This document shows, in pieces, positions 11,501 through 20,110 of a stretch of DNA of 64,000 nt. The stretch is taken from IMG/VR virus record IMGVR_UViG_3300028840_004626, positions 30,549 to 94,548 of that record; one strand, 5' to 3'. The notes beneath the pieces were generated by a model, which was not told the DNA's origin, made no database searches, and saw only the letters and a program-made list of their open reading frames with translations. Origin of the DNA: a virus. Numbering within the stretch: the first letter of the stretch is position 1; every line of letters starts with the position of its first letter. Made by a program: the position numbers and the translations under genes.

Positions 11501-11503
11501 TAG
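5555..11503 (+). CDS. Baseplate hub / tail-associated lysin with internal lytic transglycosylase domain
   Basis: 1982 aa; hub-like motifs ISLRLGYSNDPDRLELVFTGVITEIE and YKGEIALIGNPKIKP..VEQVTHVFD..GFRTEVKPD; SLT motifs in the middle; precedes spike/wedge genes. Confidence 0.7.
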   Translation: MANPKEVSQVTDLMVPASRPGVVAGEQDTCIINDVMLQIPPQRIRVSKQSLNYEWHTLRTTFAQKAKSGHGKVLITLDLIFEGNAAINGQMRPLIAGLRATPFCVCYNKYLQDSLMGMENAKYLSESKTQYKHLRPLALAVTGMHVQTIEGHPESVRVVLEFIWFNYSPYMPVWAYKVGELHDRPGTANKSSLWKKFYEPFMYSRHKIDWPHQPGSRNSKTSIFFREFATFPRVNASGYRAVRQLLELLKNNPTVVIQTLNKVLADEEIEWTDQNIFDVVYRELANNKNVNEEIRKRMKQSSLRNGMITRAAEGKAKDALSAIARDTYNDSVTGQHSWSQMREKEVEDAIRELTKRQEDAAQQEKMLQYLGVSSENSSEYKKLDTFSLSGEVPHRGSQLFIGGFDVYGRKNKLDIVPETGFIIESIAVTFSNALAVIPMMAYRYPTAQHIGSNDVEVSMVLNCTNDAARRLQALYDVIEATSLKYKMIPQGFLNPWIYNDLINFFGLKEFLTKNLVIETYPGQPGRSRAILTLSHAGVLSSSGLRDPEALVQEYISTSSTVQGRMNKVFSSLIREKGQTDSLLTPASLKYYFIEPKINKFNPRYAAIGNLLQDYCDEYNGFLKRVHGVMWEMPEEGTGAGSYAPVEAEAEGLDQANYNALMDLVEFSSEHGFIANINRIQNSVTDRDSAMNAEAQSRARTRRAQSVDQITKQRRRYRSLKRVFGIDDKGRKDWIELNKQAYNVADPNFDFLKKVYLNKYQEGIQRAFDTIMKQYPDHPDFASVFQVIEDSPLRKGTMTYMDFRPQIKSVYGYVNPSEGITPSKNRRGGTVKEEELIQFNPDLYLYYPVFDGGIVNLSEGKIIDSDVINKARKLSLKTFDEAQQSTNDWFKGNYLSSLRNASISQPYDNLEKRLKNGELQAPFYEGESWKNSTRTTDIQKTVVVDDLKQGHINYPRPGIMRGQNEISVANTMSALWQGADAGAKPYKPSDRQRSSPPVSGTTKERAKRIFPYVKQAAQKWDLDPGLIYAVIEKESGVGRNMGPNQVTATGYMQLLQYEINPRTRKRDVPSEAQQFATQRGQTLLDPGTNIDRGCFLLNRYSKRASKKGLRRGSNEHTELLLAYYNMGPGIVDQWQSAKKKTARGQSLSSKEERRIGEPPETGGQSGGFGSVASPTGLIPLRTYKRYTNKIMSNVPKWRKFVAEQNAKSGTPSASQQARIDRGREQALNTDVTSSTLSPITEAIKSFEEDLYHGQAQSLIRAYPAFKLYFIEDDSQEKRLAFDDFFSYNAVQSIRVVRSRNIPADMCEIVLTNISGTLTNRKFRQGRDGGSAPRDSSGRIVQESINPSLSGTSMENPIASLLLREGTHISLRLGYSNDPDRLELVFTGVITEIEFLGSEDLIRILAQSYAIELVQDIKGFEKPKKVGSWEILGWGPAGLQDASTSKVLEEMITQPEVVHFGRWKALAQNATPLRELLTNKYHYVPTPQDDNIFAPPPEMESEVLLNEGWFIDSTSYVIYRTTIWDIFQEMTLRHPNFVALPVPYKGRDTERMTMFYGLPNQLYFARDADYKEESASNVLRDRISYLERKQKEAKAVSSGLYRMEGSNWGPGKRKATDDEEARELAAKFTAESIGRTIDRIKNQRLRLAKRSGYIKPFRNYHLLTSDYHIISNNIQANARDVANTIVVQYGADADPSEITSSIGGGEVAVAGADENVTVKLDSALPTEEIRTQIAHFLNVTTEDMAKRYGLGMLLRNVRDIYKGEIALIGNPKIKPCDICYLFDQYNDMIGPVEVEQVTHVFDFQHGFRTEVKPDMFAQVGEWALLSTADAMGVVMEGALKHVFGSSVLGSGAGRAVLSGLKYGSRAAAFFGPAGLIAAGAVHYIGGFMSQAIVNFTQMGYPLVLSPLQHRGRVFAGGVPTSKLPKSMWNRMFGEWTPMAEQGFAMWAEDKVDEVMVGLKKLGGLWGGGYSEGDFWNDGNTLKVK
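8570..9130 (+). other. Soluble lytic transglycosylase (SLT/GH23-like) domain (approximate limits)
   Basis: AAQKWDLDPGLIYAVIEKESG (catalytic E-S), ATGYMQL (GxMQ), LLDPGTNIDRG, LAYYNMGPG (AYNxG). Confidence 0.9.
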
Positions 11504-11511
11504 GTGACAAA

Positions 11512-11943
11512 ATGTCTAGTACTGGTACAGTAAATAGAAGGGTAATTGCCGGCACAACGCTGATGAGTGAGCGTCAGCGCAGCGTGGACGGAGAGATGGT
11601 TTCTAATCCAGCGATGCTGGAGGGGCTACACGCTCAATTTGGAAATATCTCAGAAGTGCATCCGGCAATGTCGTGGGTGAAAGCGAAAGATAATAAAGGC
11701 ATTCCAATTGGGGATCCTCGCAAATGGATTCCCCTTAATCATTCGGCCAAAGAATTGGCGGAGAGATTTGGCAAAGTAACTATTGGGATGAGGGTGCTAG
11801 TTATCTACAAGGGACCCAATGTAAAAGACGCGAGCGCATTTATTGTTGCCGAAACTGCTATCAAGAAACCGGTGGCCAATTTTGTGCCCAACGTCGCAAG
11901 TATTGGAATTCAAAAGATTTTTCCACCAGGAAGTGGAATATAG
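11512..11943 (+). CDS. Putative baseplate spike, OB-fold-like protein
   Basis: 143 aa; G.ISEVHP...VK...WIPL...IGMRVLVIY pattern; sits between hub and gp25-like gene. Confidence 0.45.
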   Translation: MSSTGTVNRRVIAGTTLMSERQRSVDGEMVSNPAMLEGLHAQFGNISEVHPAMSWVKAKDNKGIPIGDPRKWIPLNHSAKELAERFGKVTIGMRVLVIYKGPNVKDASAFIVAETAIKKPVANFVPNVASIGIQKIFPPGSGI

Positions 11944-11952
11944 GAGGCTGTT

Positions 11953-12291
11953 ATGGCTTTAGTCCCGTCGCCAACTACTCGATTATTTAGAGCGTCTGAG
12001 CTATCTCCTGCGTCAATTGAGATTCAAGAGACCCAGGTAACTATTTCAAGCGATCCGAGCAAATTCATTGCTATCGATGAAAAGGGCATTTATGTCAGGG
12101 GGCCAACAAGTGAGATTAATCTGGGTCCCCAAAGACGCAGAGCGGGACTATTTATTGAGGAATTTGACCTATTAAGGATTATTCCCAAGACCATTGTGAC
12201 TCCATTTCCCTTAAATTATTTATCGCCACCCTTACATGTGGCGCCTAATTTCCAAATGGACATGGCTCTGTTTGCAGCCAATCTAAGGTAG
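11953..12291 (+). CDS. Small baseplate/spike-associated protein
   Basis: 112 aa with short beta-strand repeats (SIEIQETQVTISS, FIAIDEKGIYVRG); AGGAGG RBS; synteny. Confidence 0.45.
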   Translation: MALVPSPTTRLFRASELSPASIEIQETQVTISSDPSKFIAIDEKGIYVRGPTSEINLGPQRRRAGLFIEEFDLLRIIPKTIVTPFPLNYLSPPLHVAPNFQMDMALFAANLR

Positions 12292-12306
12292 TGTGGGTGA
12301 TTTAGA

Positions 12307-12780
12307 ATGGCAGGACTTTATGATGACATCGATATTAGGTTCTACTGGAATGGTGATTTTGGTCTGGGACATGATGGCGATTTCGCTGATACCCTAGAAG
12401 ATGGACTACTATCGTTGCGTCAGGAATTACATGATATATGTGCTAGTGCTTTAGGCGACTGGGAACTATATCCGAATCGGGGAGCCGGATTAGAGGACTA
12501 TATCGGAGAGCCCAATACACGCAGCGTTTCTGAGTCGATCCACGATAGGGTACGTATGGCCATTATTGCTGCTGCTTTGGTAGCTGAAGATGACCTAGAG
12601 GTTCGGGTTGTTCCGGTACATCGTCACAAGGTGCTAATTTTACTCAGTGTCCATGTTATGCCGAGTGCTTTTAATAAAATGAATGCAGAATCAAGTTATC
12701 TGAAAACTGCATTATTATTTGATTTTGTCGAGCAAGGAATGCTATTTTTTGATAAAATTCCAGAGTTGACTAATATTTAA
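12307..12780 (+). CDS. gp25/GPW-like baseplate wedge protein
   Basis: GDWELYPNRGAGLEDYIGEPNT matches the gp25-family G-x-W-x-x-x-P-x-x-G pattern; directly before the J-like gene. Confidence 0.75.
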   Translation: MAGLYDDIDIRFYWNGDFGLGHDGDFADTLEDGLLSLRQELHDICASALGDWELYPNRGAGLEDYIGEPNTRSVSESIHDRVRMAIIAAALVAEDDLEVRVVPVHRHKVLILLSVHVMPSAFNKMNAESSYLKTALLFDFVEQGMLFFDKIPELTNI

Positions 12781-12794
12781 CTGGAGGTAGCTTA

Positions 12795-14024
12795 ATGCCC
12801 CTTTTCTCTCGCAACCTTACGGACCTGACAGCAGACACCCTTGAAGAGCTGTCAACCACCACCAATATTACCAGGCTATCTGCCGGATCTAAGGCCAGAG
12901 CTCTTCTGGACGCTGTTAATAAGCGTCTTGAGGAAGCCTATGAGAGTTTTGATCTCAATATGGCGCGCGCGTTTGTGTCGGCAGCGCCTGGCCAATACTT
13001 AGATCTCATTGGAGATCTGTTGGGTGTAACCAGAACTTCTTCAGTAGCTGCAACTATTGATGGCGACCTGGAAATCGTAAAGTTTTATGTAGATACGGGT
13101 ACTTTTGGAGATATCAACGGGGGCAATGCAATTGTAGTCAATGAAGGCAGCGTTATTTCAACTCAGCCTAATCAGAATGGAATCACTTATCGTGTTACTT
13201 CTACAGAAACCCTGCTTGCTAGCGCCAGTGCGGGGTTTGTGTCAGCTGAGGCAATTCAGCCTGGCACGGCAGGCAACGTGGGTGCGGATTCTTTAGTTTA
13301 TCATAATGTTATTGATTATAGCGACGTAGATAATGGCACCTTAAAGGTTACGAATGTTCACCCAATTGCCAACGGGGCGAACCTAGAATCCGATGCCAAC
13401 TTTAGGTATAGGATTTCCAATAGGGTTCTTGAGGCACAGGCTGCGAATGAAACTTCTATACGCCTATCGGTATTGTCGACTCCAGGAGTATCAGATGTTT
13501 TAATTGTTCCACGTTATCGTGGCATTGGTACTTTTGGGCTGATTATTGAATCAGTGACTCCGACTGTAACCCAAAATCTACTAGACGATGTAACGGCTCG
13601 AGTTGAGCTAATGCAGGGTCTCGGTACTATTGCCTATATTCGTGGCCCCAAAGAAGCTGGATTGACTATTCGCACCACTGTCGAATACGGGCAACAATAT
13701 GATCAGGATGCGCTTGATGATATTGAAGATGAGCTGGATAATACCATTCGTAGCTTTGTATCAGATCTCGGTATTGGTGACGAGTGGTCAGTTAATAGGA
13801 TGGTATCGGAAATGTTCAGAGTATCCTCCAAAATCAAGAATTTTGGAATTGCAGGCACTCCGCTTGAAGAGGTGTATGTCTATACCGAATCCAAGGTTCA
13901 GGATAACCGTGTCAAAGAACGCTTGTTAGGAGACTATTCTCCCGATAGTGACGAGAGGGTTATTATTGAGCCGTCAGTAACCAATGCAATTACATTTGAT
14001 CGAAAATTCTCTAGGCGGTTATAA
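12795..14024 (+). CDS. Baseplate J-like (gp47/JayE family) wedge protein
   Basis: APGQYLDLIGDLLGVTR, AEAIQPGTAGNV, NGANLESDANFRYRI, LSTPGVSDV are hallmark baseplate-J motifs. Confidence 0.9.
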   Translation: MPLFSRNLTDLTADTLEELSTTTNITRLSAGSKARALLDAVNKRLEEAYESFDLNMARAFVSAAPGQYLDLIGDLLGVTRTSSVAATIDGDLEIVKFYVDTGTFGDINGGNAIVVNEGSVISTQPNQNGITYRVTSTETLLASASAGFVSAEAIQPGTAGNVGADSLVYHNVIDYSDVDNGTLKVTNVHPIANGANLESDANFRYRISNRVLEAQAANETSIRLSVLSTPGVSDVLIVPRYRGIGTFGLIIESVTPTVTQNLLDDVTARVELMQGLGTIAYIRGPKEAGLTIRTTVEYGQQYDQDALDDIEDELDNTIRSFVSDLGIGDEWSVNRMVSEMFRVSSKIKNFGIAGTPLEEVYVYTESKVQDNRVKERLLGDYSPDSDERVIIEPSVTNAITFDRKFSRRL

Positions 14025-14026
14025 TC

Positions 14027-15655
14027 GTGGCAACCAAGGCTCTTAGCGCACAGCGTATCGTCAATGCTTTTCCTATGTGGTCTGAAACCCGTATGAACGA
14101 GCAAAGTCTTGGTTATCAGTTTGCCAACGTCATTGGCAATCGCATGGACGATATGCTGAAGCAAATTCAGAAGATTCGAGATAGCTATTATATAGCGTTA
14201 GCTAATGTGGCCGATATCGATCTGTATTACTATATGAGGTTGCCAGATACCTATGAGTTTACCAAGGATGATGATGATACCACTGAGTGGATATATACTC
14301 CACCAACAGCAAGCGGACTCGTTGATGGCACTTATTTTTCAGTTTCGGCGCCAACAGAAAATACAGTTGAGAACTTTTGGTATTTGACTCCACCGAGTCG
14401 CATTTCTCTTGGCACTACAGCGTCTGGCGCTTATCTTATGGCTAGCGGATACGCATGGCAATCACCACTTTCTCCGGTCGTGGTATCTGGGACTATTGAT
14501 GTTCCCAATCGTCTCTATGTAACTGTTTCGGGCGGTTCACAATACCTATATGTTGATGATTACAATATTACGTCTCGCACTATTGTGCAGCTTGATGGGG
14601 AGGATCGACCTGGGGGCGAGCTTATTGAAGAGATGTATTATGTCTATGATGAGATTCAGCGCAGTATCCATGAGTTTAGCCAGCTTGATAAAGTTAATAT
14701 ATATACTCCCAACAATAATAGTGACATTTTTGTGACTGTTCAATCGGCCAGCTACAATCTTCCCGAGCTGCCTCACGCATGGAGAGACATGACCCAGACA
14801 TCTTATCGAGATGACATGGAACTGTTTTGGGGCATTGGGCAGGGTGATGTCGATGGCCAGTGTACGTTAGAATTGCGAAAATATAATGCTGACGATCCAA
14901 CAATTCGCTTAGGAGGATTTACGGCGACCAGTGCTTTTCAGAGTTATGAATTGTTAAATACCAGCAGTCAGCGCATCCAGGCTAGAGACTTTGCAGTTGA
15001 GCCGCATTCTGACAATATATGGGTGGTTGATTCTGGGGTGCTTTACCTCTATGACGGAAATCTATATTACCCGAATATGCAAGGTATGACTGGGAGAAAT
15101 TATGATGCACCGTCAGTTATTGAACCCAGCAGCTATTGGGTAGTCCAAAACGAAGAAGTCAAACTGTATTACACCTGGAAAAGGCCAACAAGCGAAATCA
15201 CCCAATATCGTATTTGGGTAGAGAAGCCTGATGGCAACAAATATAGTATTGTTGGTGGTGTTGAGGGCGCATATCAAACAGGGGCCGGTTCCTGGAATGC
15301 TGCGTCGTTTATGACTAATAGAAGAATTCAGCAACCTGACACCTTTACGATGGATCAGCGGGGCGACTATGTATATGCGCTCGAGGTCCAGTATGCTGAC
15401 GAGACGTCGTCGATAGACAAGAGGGTTATTTCGGTGCTGTCGAAAACGCCTGAGGCCCAATTTGGTTTAGCTTCAGCCATAGGTAGCCATAATGAGATTA
15501 TAGGAATTGATATTGACAGCGAACAGAAACTATGGGTCCTAGATACTTTGGGCTATAAGTATCAAGTCAATCTGCATTACGATGTGATGATTGTTGATTT
15601 TGATCAAAAGATTGTCTATTTCCGGGAGCCATACGAACAGGTCAGGGTATATTAA
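14027..15655 (+). CDS. Baseplate/virion structural protein
   Basis: 542 aa, acidic and aromatic beta-rich; GTG start 2 bp after J gene; cluster of xSG motifs. Confidence 0.6.
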   Translation: MATKALSAQRIVNAFPMWSETRMNEQSLGYQFANVIGNRMDDMLKQIQKIRDSYYIALANVADIDLYYYMRLPDTYEFTKDDDDTTEWIYTPPTASGLVDGTYFSVSAPTENTVENFWYLTPPSRISLGTTASGAYLMASGYAWQSPLSPVVVSGTIDVPNRLYVTVSGGSQYLYVDDYNITSRTIVQLDGEDRPGGELIEEMYYVYDEIQRSIHEFSQLDKVNIYTPNNNSDIFVTVQSASYNLPELPHAWRDMTQTSYRDDMELFWGIGQGDVDGQCTLELRKYNADDPTIRLGGFTATSAFQSYELLNTSSQRIQARDFAVEPHSDNIWVVDSGVLYLYDGNLYYPNMQGMTGRNYDAPSVIEPSSYWVVQNEEVKLYYTWKRPTSEITQYRIWVEKPDGNKYSIVGGVEGAYQTGAGSWNAASFMTNRRIQQPDTFTMDQRGDYVYALEVQYADETSSIDKRVISVLSKTPEAQFGLASAIGSHNEIIGIDIDSEQKLWVLDTLGYKYQVNLHYDVMIVDFDQKIVYFREPYEQVRVY

Positions 15656-15676
15656 CGCACATGAGGGGTTTCTTGG

Positions 15677-16621
15677 ATGGCAGCAACGATATCTGGATTC
15701 GGACATAAGTTCAACGTCCACGAGATAGCTACGGTTGCTGTTCCTTCTGCACGTACTACTTGGAACCAATTTGACGAACACGGCCTAGTCTTATCTCTAG
15801 AACGCCTAAGAGGGGAAACCAACTGGGAATACAAGCGTCGTCTCCAGGATGTTTTTGTCAATATGGCAAATTCATCCTATCGCGGAATGGTGAATGGCAT
15901 AACCCGCGAGTTGGGCCTGGCTCTTTTTGAGCCCCTGGTCATTAATCCTAAGGTTGACCATGCAGGCAACTTCCTAGCCCCAGATCCATATATCAGATTT
16001 GATGGAGCATATCTGTACCTTTACTCAGATTATGGCAACGATATGCTTGATTGGGCTATCGACCGATACGAACCAGGTGGCAATTATGAGCATCTTTATC
16101 GGCTTGCTGAATTCGTCAATACAACTGCATTTTTCGAAGCCCATATTATTGAGGGCATTGATCCATATACGCGTTCCATGACGATAGTAAATCAGTCTAA
16201 TCGAACAATGGTAATCAGCGAAGATGCCCAGGAAAGCACACGATTTAATCTAGAAAATGATAAGATCGTTCCGGGATCCATATCATTTTCGGATACAAAA
16301 ACGTTTCGTCGAGAGATGTCTTCGGCATCTAGTGTTGCGGCAGCTGGACAGTACCATATTAACTATAAATCTGGCATGGTTACCGTTGGCAGCGTTCCGC
16401 CCCCAGGAGTCACTATTAGATATCAACATAGCGAATATCCGTTTTTGCCCAAGGCAAGCCCTGTAATTGTTCACGATATTACGAGCGAGGGGTTTAGGTC
16501 TAAGATGTTTGCTCAAGAATTACAGGAAGATGGAACGTATGAATTAGCGCTACCAACTGAGGTTGGCGTTGATATAATGAATGAATTATTGTCAGTAATT
16601 CCAATGTATTGGGGAGTCTAG
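15677..16621 (+). CDS. Baseplate wedge-like protein, paralog A
   Basis: FDEHGLVLSLERLRGETNWEYKRRL resembles the wedge/tail protein I LD..G....R..GE.D..YR.RL motif; GQYHINYKSGMVTV module. Confidence 0.65.
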   Translation: MAATISGFGHKFNVHEIATVAVPSARTTWNQFDEHGLVLSLERLRGETNWEYKRRLQDVFVNMANSSYRGMVNGITRELGLALFEPLVINPKVDHAGNFLAPDPYIRFDGAYLYLYSDYGNDMLDWAIDRYEPGGNYEHLYRLAEFVNTTAFFEAHIIEGIDPYTRSMTIVNQSNRTMVISEDAQESTRFNLENDKIVPGSISFSDTKTFRREMSSASSVAAAGQYHINYKSGMVTVGSVPPPGVTIRYQHSEYPFLPKASPVIVHDITSEGFRSKMFAQELQEDGTYELALPTEVGVDIMNELLSVIPMYWGV

Positions 16622-16622
16622 T

Positions 16623-17591
16623 GTGGCAAGTAGCCTAGTACAGACAGGACATCAGTTTCATGTTCATTCTGTTGAGATAGTTGCTGGTCCTATTGGCAGC
16701 ACAGATGGCTTGCGTCGAGTCAAATTTCCCAATCAATTCGACGAGTTCGGATCCCTGGTATCACTGGAGCGTTTGCAAGATGAGACTAATTGGGAGTATC
16801 GCAGACGAATCCAGGACGTCATGGTTAATCTGGCTAATGCGAGCTATCGTGGAATGGTTAACGGCATTACTCGTGAGCTTGGCTTAAGCCTATATGATTC
16901 TCTAATTATCAATCCCAAAATCAATATGAATACGGGGCGATTTCTGGCCCCAGACCCCTATATTAAGTTTGATGGGGTGTATTTGTATCTGTATTCTGAT
17001 TATGCTAATGGCGTTCTAGACTGGGCTATTGATCGCTATGAACCGGGAGGAAACTATGAACACGTTGGCAGACTGGCTTCAATGGTGAATACCACCTCAT
17101 TTTTTGAGGCACATGTAGTAGAAGGTATTGATTTATATGACAAATCTATGACAATATTAAATCAATCTAATCGCAATATTGTTAGATTTGAAAGAATCCC
17201 CAGTAGCACGAAGTTCGCACTCAAGAATACGAGGATTGTTCCCGGAACTCTATTTTTTGCTAATCGCACCACATTTAAAACAGAGGTAGAATCTGCAGAC
17301 TTAGTTTTACAAAAGGGACAGTACTATGTAGACTATCATAAGGGGATTGTTGTTGTATTCAGTGTGCCTACGTCGGGCGAAATTGCCCGCTATCAATATG
17401 TAAAATATCCTTTTTCTGCAACGGCAAGTCCTGTTATACTACACGATATCAATAAAGACAGTTTCAAAGTTAAGATGTTTTCACAGGTATTACAAGACGA
17501 TGGAGGATATGAGCACGGGAAGGTTACAGAATTAGGGGTAGATATAATTAATGAGCTAATGTCGGTTATCCCTATGTATTGGGGAACATAG
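16623..17591 (+). CDS. Baseplate wedge-like protein, paralog B
   Basis: Full-length paralog of the preceding gene (FDEFGSLVSLERLQDETNWEYRRRI ... ELMSVIPMYWGT). Confidence 0.65.
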   Translation: MASSLVQTGHQFHVHSVEIVAGPIGSTDGLRRVKFPNQFDEFGSLVSLERLQDETNWEYRRRIQDVMVNLANASYRGMVNGITRELGLSLYDSLIINPKINMNTGRFLAPDPYIKFDGVYLYLYSDYANGVLDWAIDRYEPGGNYEHVGRLASMVNTTSFFEAHVVEGIDLYDKSMTILNQSNRNIVRFERIPSSTKFALKNTRIVPGTLFFANRTTFKTEVESADLVLQKGQYYVDYHKGIVVVFSVPTSGEIARYQYVKYPFSATASPVILHDINKDSFKVKMFSQVLQDDGGYEHGKVTELGVDIINELMSVIPMYWGT

Positions 17592-17616
17592 TAGAAACAA
17601 AAAATAGTGCTACTAT
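17588..17616 (+). promoter_or_regulatory. Candidate extended -10 promoter overlapping an inverted repeat
   Basis: TG-c-TACTAT at 17608-17616 in the longest intergenic gap (41 bp, AT-rich); ATAGTAG (17588-94) is the reverse complement of CTACTAT (17610-16); GGAGG follows. Confidence 0.4.
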
Positions 17617-17632
17617 AAGACATTAGCGGAGG

Positions 17633-20095
17633 TTGTCTTTGGCTTTATTAGCGTCCACAGCATCTGGTGTTTTAAGTTTGAATATACCCGTTACCTCAGC
17701 TCGTACTGAGGCTTATGGGCCTGCTGCGCCTGCCGCTATTGGCACCCTATCTCACTATGTGTCCACCGAGCATCCCAATACGGGCAACTTTATCAAGGGT
17801 TTCCAGTGGGATGCCAGGGTATGGTATAGCGAAGAACAGGAAAACATCGATCAGGTTGTTCCCGTCCTTTGGGACCCAACAATCTCTGGCATCACCAGTA
17901 CTCGTTTTCAGTCTGGCATCGGCTCTAATCGGGATCTCGAATACCAGAGATCGGTATTTATTCCATCGTCCGGTCTTGCGTCCGCAGGAATGTACCGTGT
18001 CTGGGCTCCTGAAATTCGTCATGGATATTATTATGACTATGCTACAGAGGGGTATCTCTACAGCGATGACTCAGAGGTAGTATATCCAACCTATAGCGGC
18101 GTTGTGCCGGGAATGGCCCTAACATCAGCAGCCGATGGGTTTAATCAGGTTGAATTATTGTCTGTTCCTAAGGTTGGTGTTCCAGTTACAGCTCAACGTT
18201 ATCGGTGGAACAGTGCGCAGGGTAAGTATGAAGTCGATTTAGATATTCAAAAGAAGGTTAATTTCACAGGATTGCGTGATGCTGATAATGTGCGCCAAAA
18301 TACCTGGAGCACGCAGAAAAATACTGTTTTATGGGATTTGGTTGATCCCGAGGAGCCAGAATTTATTGTCGTGGACAGTGGGATTTATCCGACTATCCCT
18401 ACTGCGCTATTTAATAAGCAGTTCGTAGATCAATATCCCTCCACTAGTGCCCTGGAAGAATTGGGCACTATGACTGGCGGGTCTGCCGAACAGTTTCATC
18501 TTAGCTATGCTCCCATTGATAATAGTATGCCCGTGGACGTTTATGCTTATCTGGTCGCATCAGGCACCCAGACCAAGTATGAGGCTATTCCTTTCAGTCA
18601 GACTATCGCCACAGGAGTTAATCAAGCTAAGATTGATTATGACATGGGCATTGTCGAATTTGGGGATCCGACTACTTCAGGCGTTGTGGTGCCGGCAGCT
18701 GGGTATACTGTAGCTGCACGCTACTGGAGAACAGTGCGCGTTGAATATGAACCAGAAGAGTCTACAGATTTGGTCCTAGCAACAGAGGCTAATACGAACC
18801 CCATATATAGAACTTCTGGTCGCGGATTTGTATATCTCTCGACAACGGCTGATGATCCTGCTTCCATTACCCTATCAGCAGAGGCACCGTCGTTACAGCT
18901 TAATGTTTTTGGCCCAGTATATGTTGGCAACGCTTATGTTCCGGTGGTAGCTACGGTCAAAGATGCGTTGGGTCGTCCGCTAGAGGGACAAACTGTTCAG
19001 ATTTTTACAACTAGTGAGCCTGTGATAGGGAGCTTTGGTGCATTTGGTGATACGGCCACGACTATTACAGACCATCTTGGCGAGGGCCGCACCTATTATA
19101 CTCCGCCCCGTAGCGTTGCAGATCTCGGGGAATACATTACAGCTTCTGGTTATCGTATTGACGATTCGCCTACATATACGGGGGTAAACCGCACAACGAT
19201 CTTAAGCTCAGAGGATTTACTTCTTGAGGGCAATCTCGATGATATCTTTTTATACGAAGTGCATACCGATGATCCGTCTCAAGGATACAAGCGCAATGAG
19301 TTAGCTGATAGTTCTGAGGTTCAACTCAATGAATACTACAGGGATTATTTTGATAGCGAAGATATCCAAGGGCCAACAGGATTAACCAGTGGTGTTTTAT
19401 CTACTGTGCTCGATAATCTAACTTCTAGAGACTGGGAATATAACTATCGTGAAACATGGGGCATGTTACAACCTACGTTATTTAATGCATCGACTAGCAA
19501 TGGTCGAAAAGTGTTAGTAACAACTTATGATTCGGACATTTATAATCCCCATACTTTCAATCAGGGGGCTGTCGCGCCATTTCAGCCCATTGATGTTCTG
19601 TCAACGGATGCAGGTTATGATGTTGTATTTGATACAACCCAGTACAATCTGACATATCCAAGCGGAACAGCTGGAATTGCTCCTAGTGGAACCCTTCATT
19701 CATATTTCCTCGTAGCTCCCACGGCCGTTACGATGCAAGCGTCAGTGTACAATCAGAGACTCAATCAAAGCATTTTGAGCAACACAATTCAGATAAAACT
19801 GGATATTCCGCCATATCTTAGCGGCATGTGGACAGTAGATTCAATCAATCAAACACACATTGATGAAATTAATAGTGTGCTAGCTACAGGCATTGCGTCT
19901 GGTGCGCGCGTGGCACTGGGCTATAGGCTTAGGTCATCGAATGTGACTTTGGCTGGCGCGCTTAATGGAGTGACTTTCCTGGATGTGAATCCAGAATATA
20001 ATGCGCCTATATGGACAGCAGTGGAGCCAGAGGTGCCTGGATCTGGAGTATTGGCATCTGGCACTTATGCGCAACATAGTTTTACTATTACCTAA
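17633..20095 (+). CDS. Virion structural protein with Ig-like (Big_1-type) domain
   Basis: 820 aa; VVATVKDALGRPLEGQTV...TITDHLGEG Ig-like motif; IDYDMGIVEFGD wedge-type module; 17 SG dipeptides. Confidence 0.7.
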   Translation: MSLALLASTASGVLSLNIPVTSARTEAYGPAAPAAIGTLSHYVSTEHPNTGNFIKGFQWDARVWYSEEQENIDQVVPVLWDPTISGITSTRFQSGIGSNRDLEYQRSVFIPSSGLASAGMYRVWAPEIRHGYYYDYATEGYLYSDDSEVVYPTYSGVVPGMALTSAADGFNQVELLSVPKVGVPVTAQRYRWNSAQGKYEVDLDIQKKVNFTGLRDADNVRQNTWSTQKNTVLWDLVDPEEPEFIVVDSGIYPTIPTALFNKQFVDQYPSTSALEELGTMTGGSAEQFHLSYAPIDNSMPVDVYAYLVASGTQTKYEAIPFSQTIATGVNQAKIDYDMGIVEFGDPTTSGVVVPAAGYTVAARYWRTVRVEYEPEESTDLVLATEANTNPIYRTSGRGFVYLSTTADDPASITLSAEAPSLQLNVFGPVYVGNAYVPVVATVKDALGRPLEGQTVQIFTTSEPVIGSFGAFGDTATTITDHLGEGRTYYTPPRSVADLGEYITASGYRIDDSPTYTGVNRTTILSSEDLLLEGNLDDIFLYEVHTDDPSQGYKRNELADSSEVQLNEYYRDYFDSEDIQGPTGLTSGVLSTVLDNLTSRDWEYNYRETWGMLQPTLFNASTSNGRKVLVTTYDSDIYNPHTFNQGAVAPFQPIDVLSTDAGYDVVFDTTQYNLTYPSGTAGIAPSGTLHSYFLVAPTAVTMQASVYNQRLNQSILSNTIQIKLDIPPYLSGMWTVDSINQTHIDEINSVLATGIASGARVALGYRLRSSNVTLAGALNGVTFLDVNPEYNAPIWTAVEPEVPGSGVLASGTYAQHSFTIT

Positions 20096-20110
20096 TTAGG
20101 AGGAACCCTT

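Noticed and set aside
15677-17591. Duplicated sequence as a diversity-generating retroelement TR/VR pair
   Set aside because: Differences inspected are mostly synonymous rather than adenine-specific, both copies are full genes, and there is no reverse transcriptase in the window.
5555-17591. Extracellular contractile injection system or tailocin instead of phage
   Set aside because: No Afp15-type AAA ATPase or toxin cargo seen, and the size and multi-tailspike complexity fit a large phage. Capsid genes lie outside the window, so this is not formally excluded.
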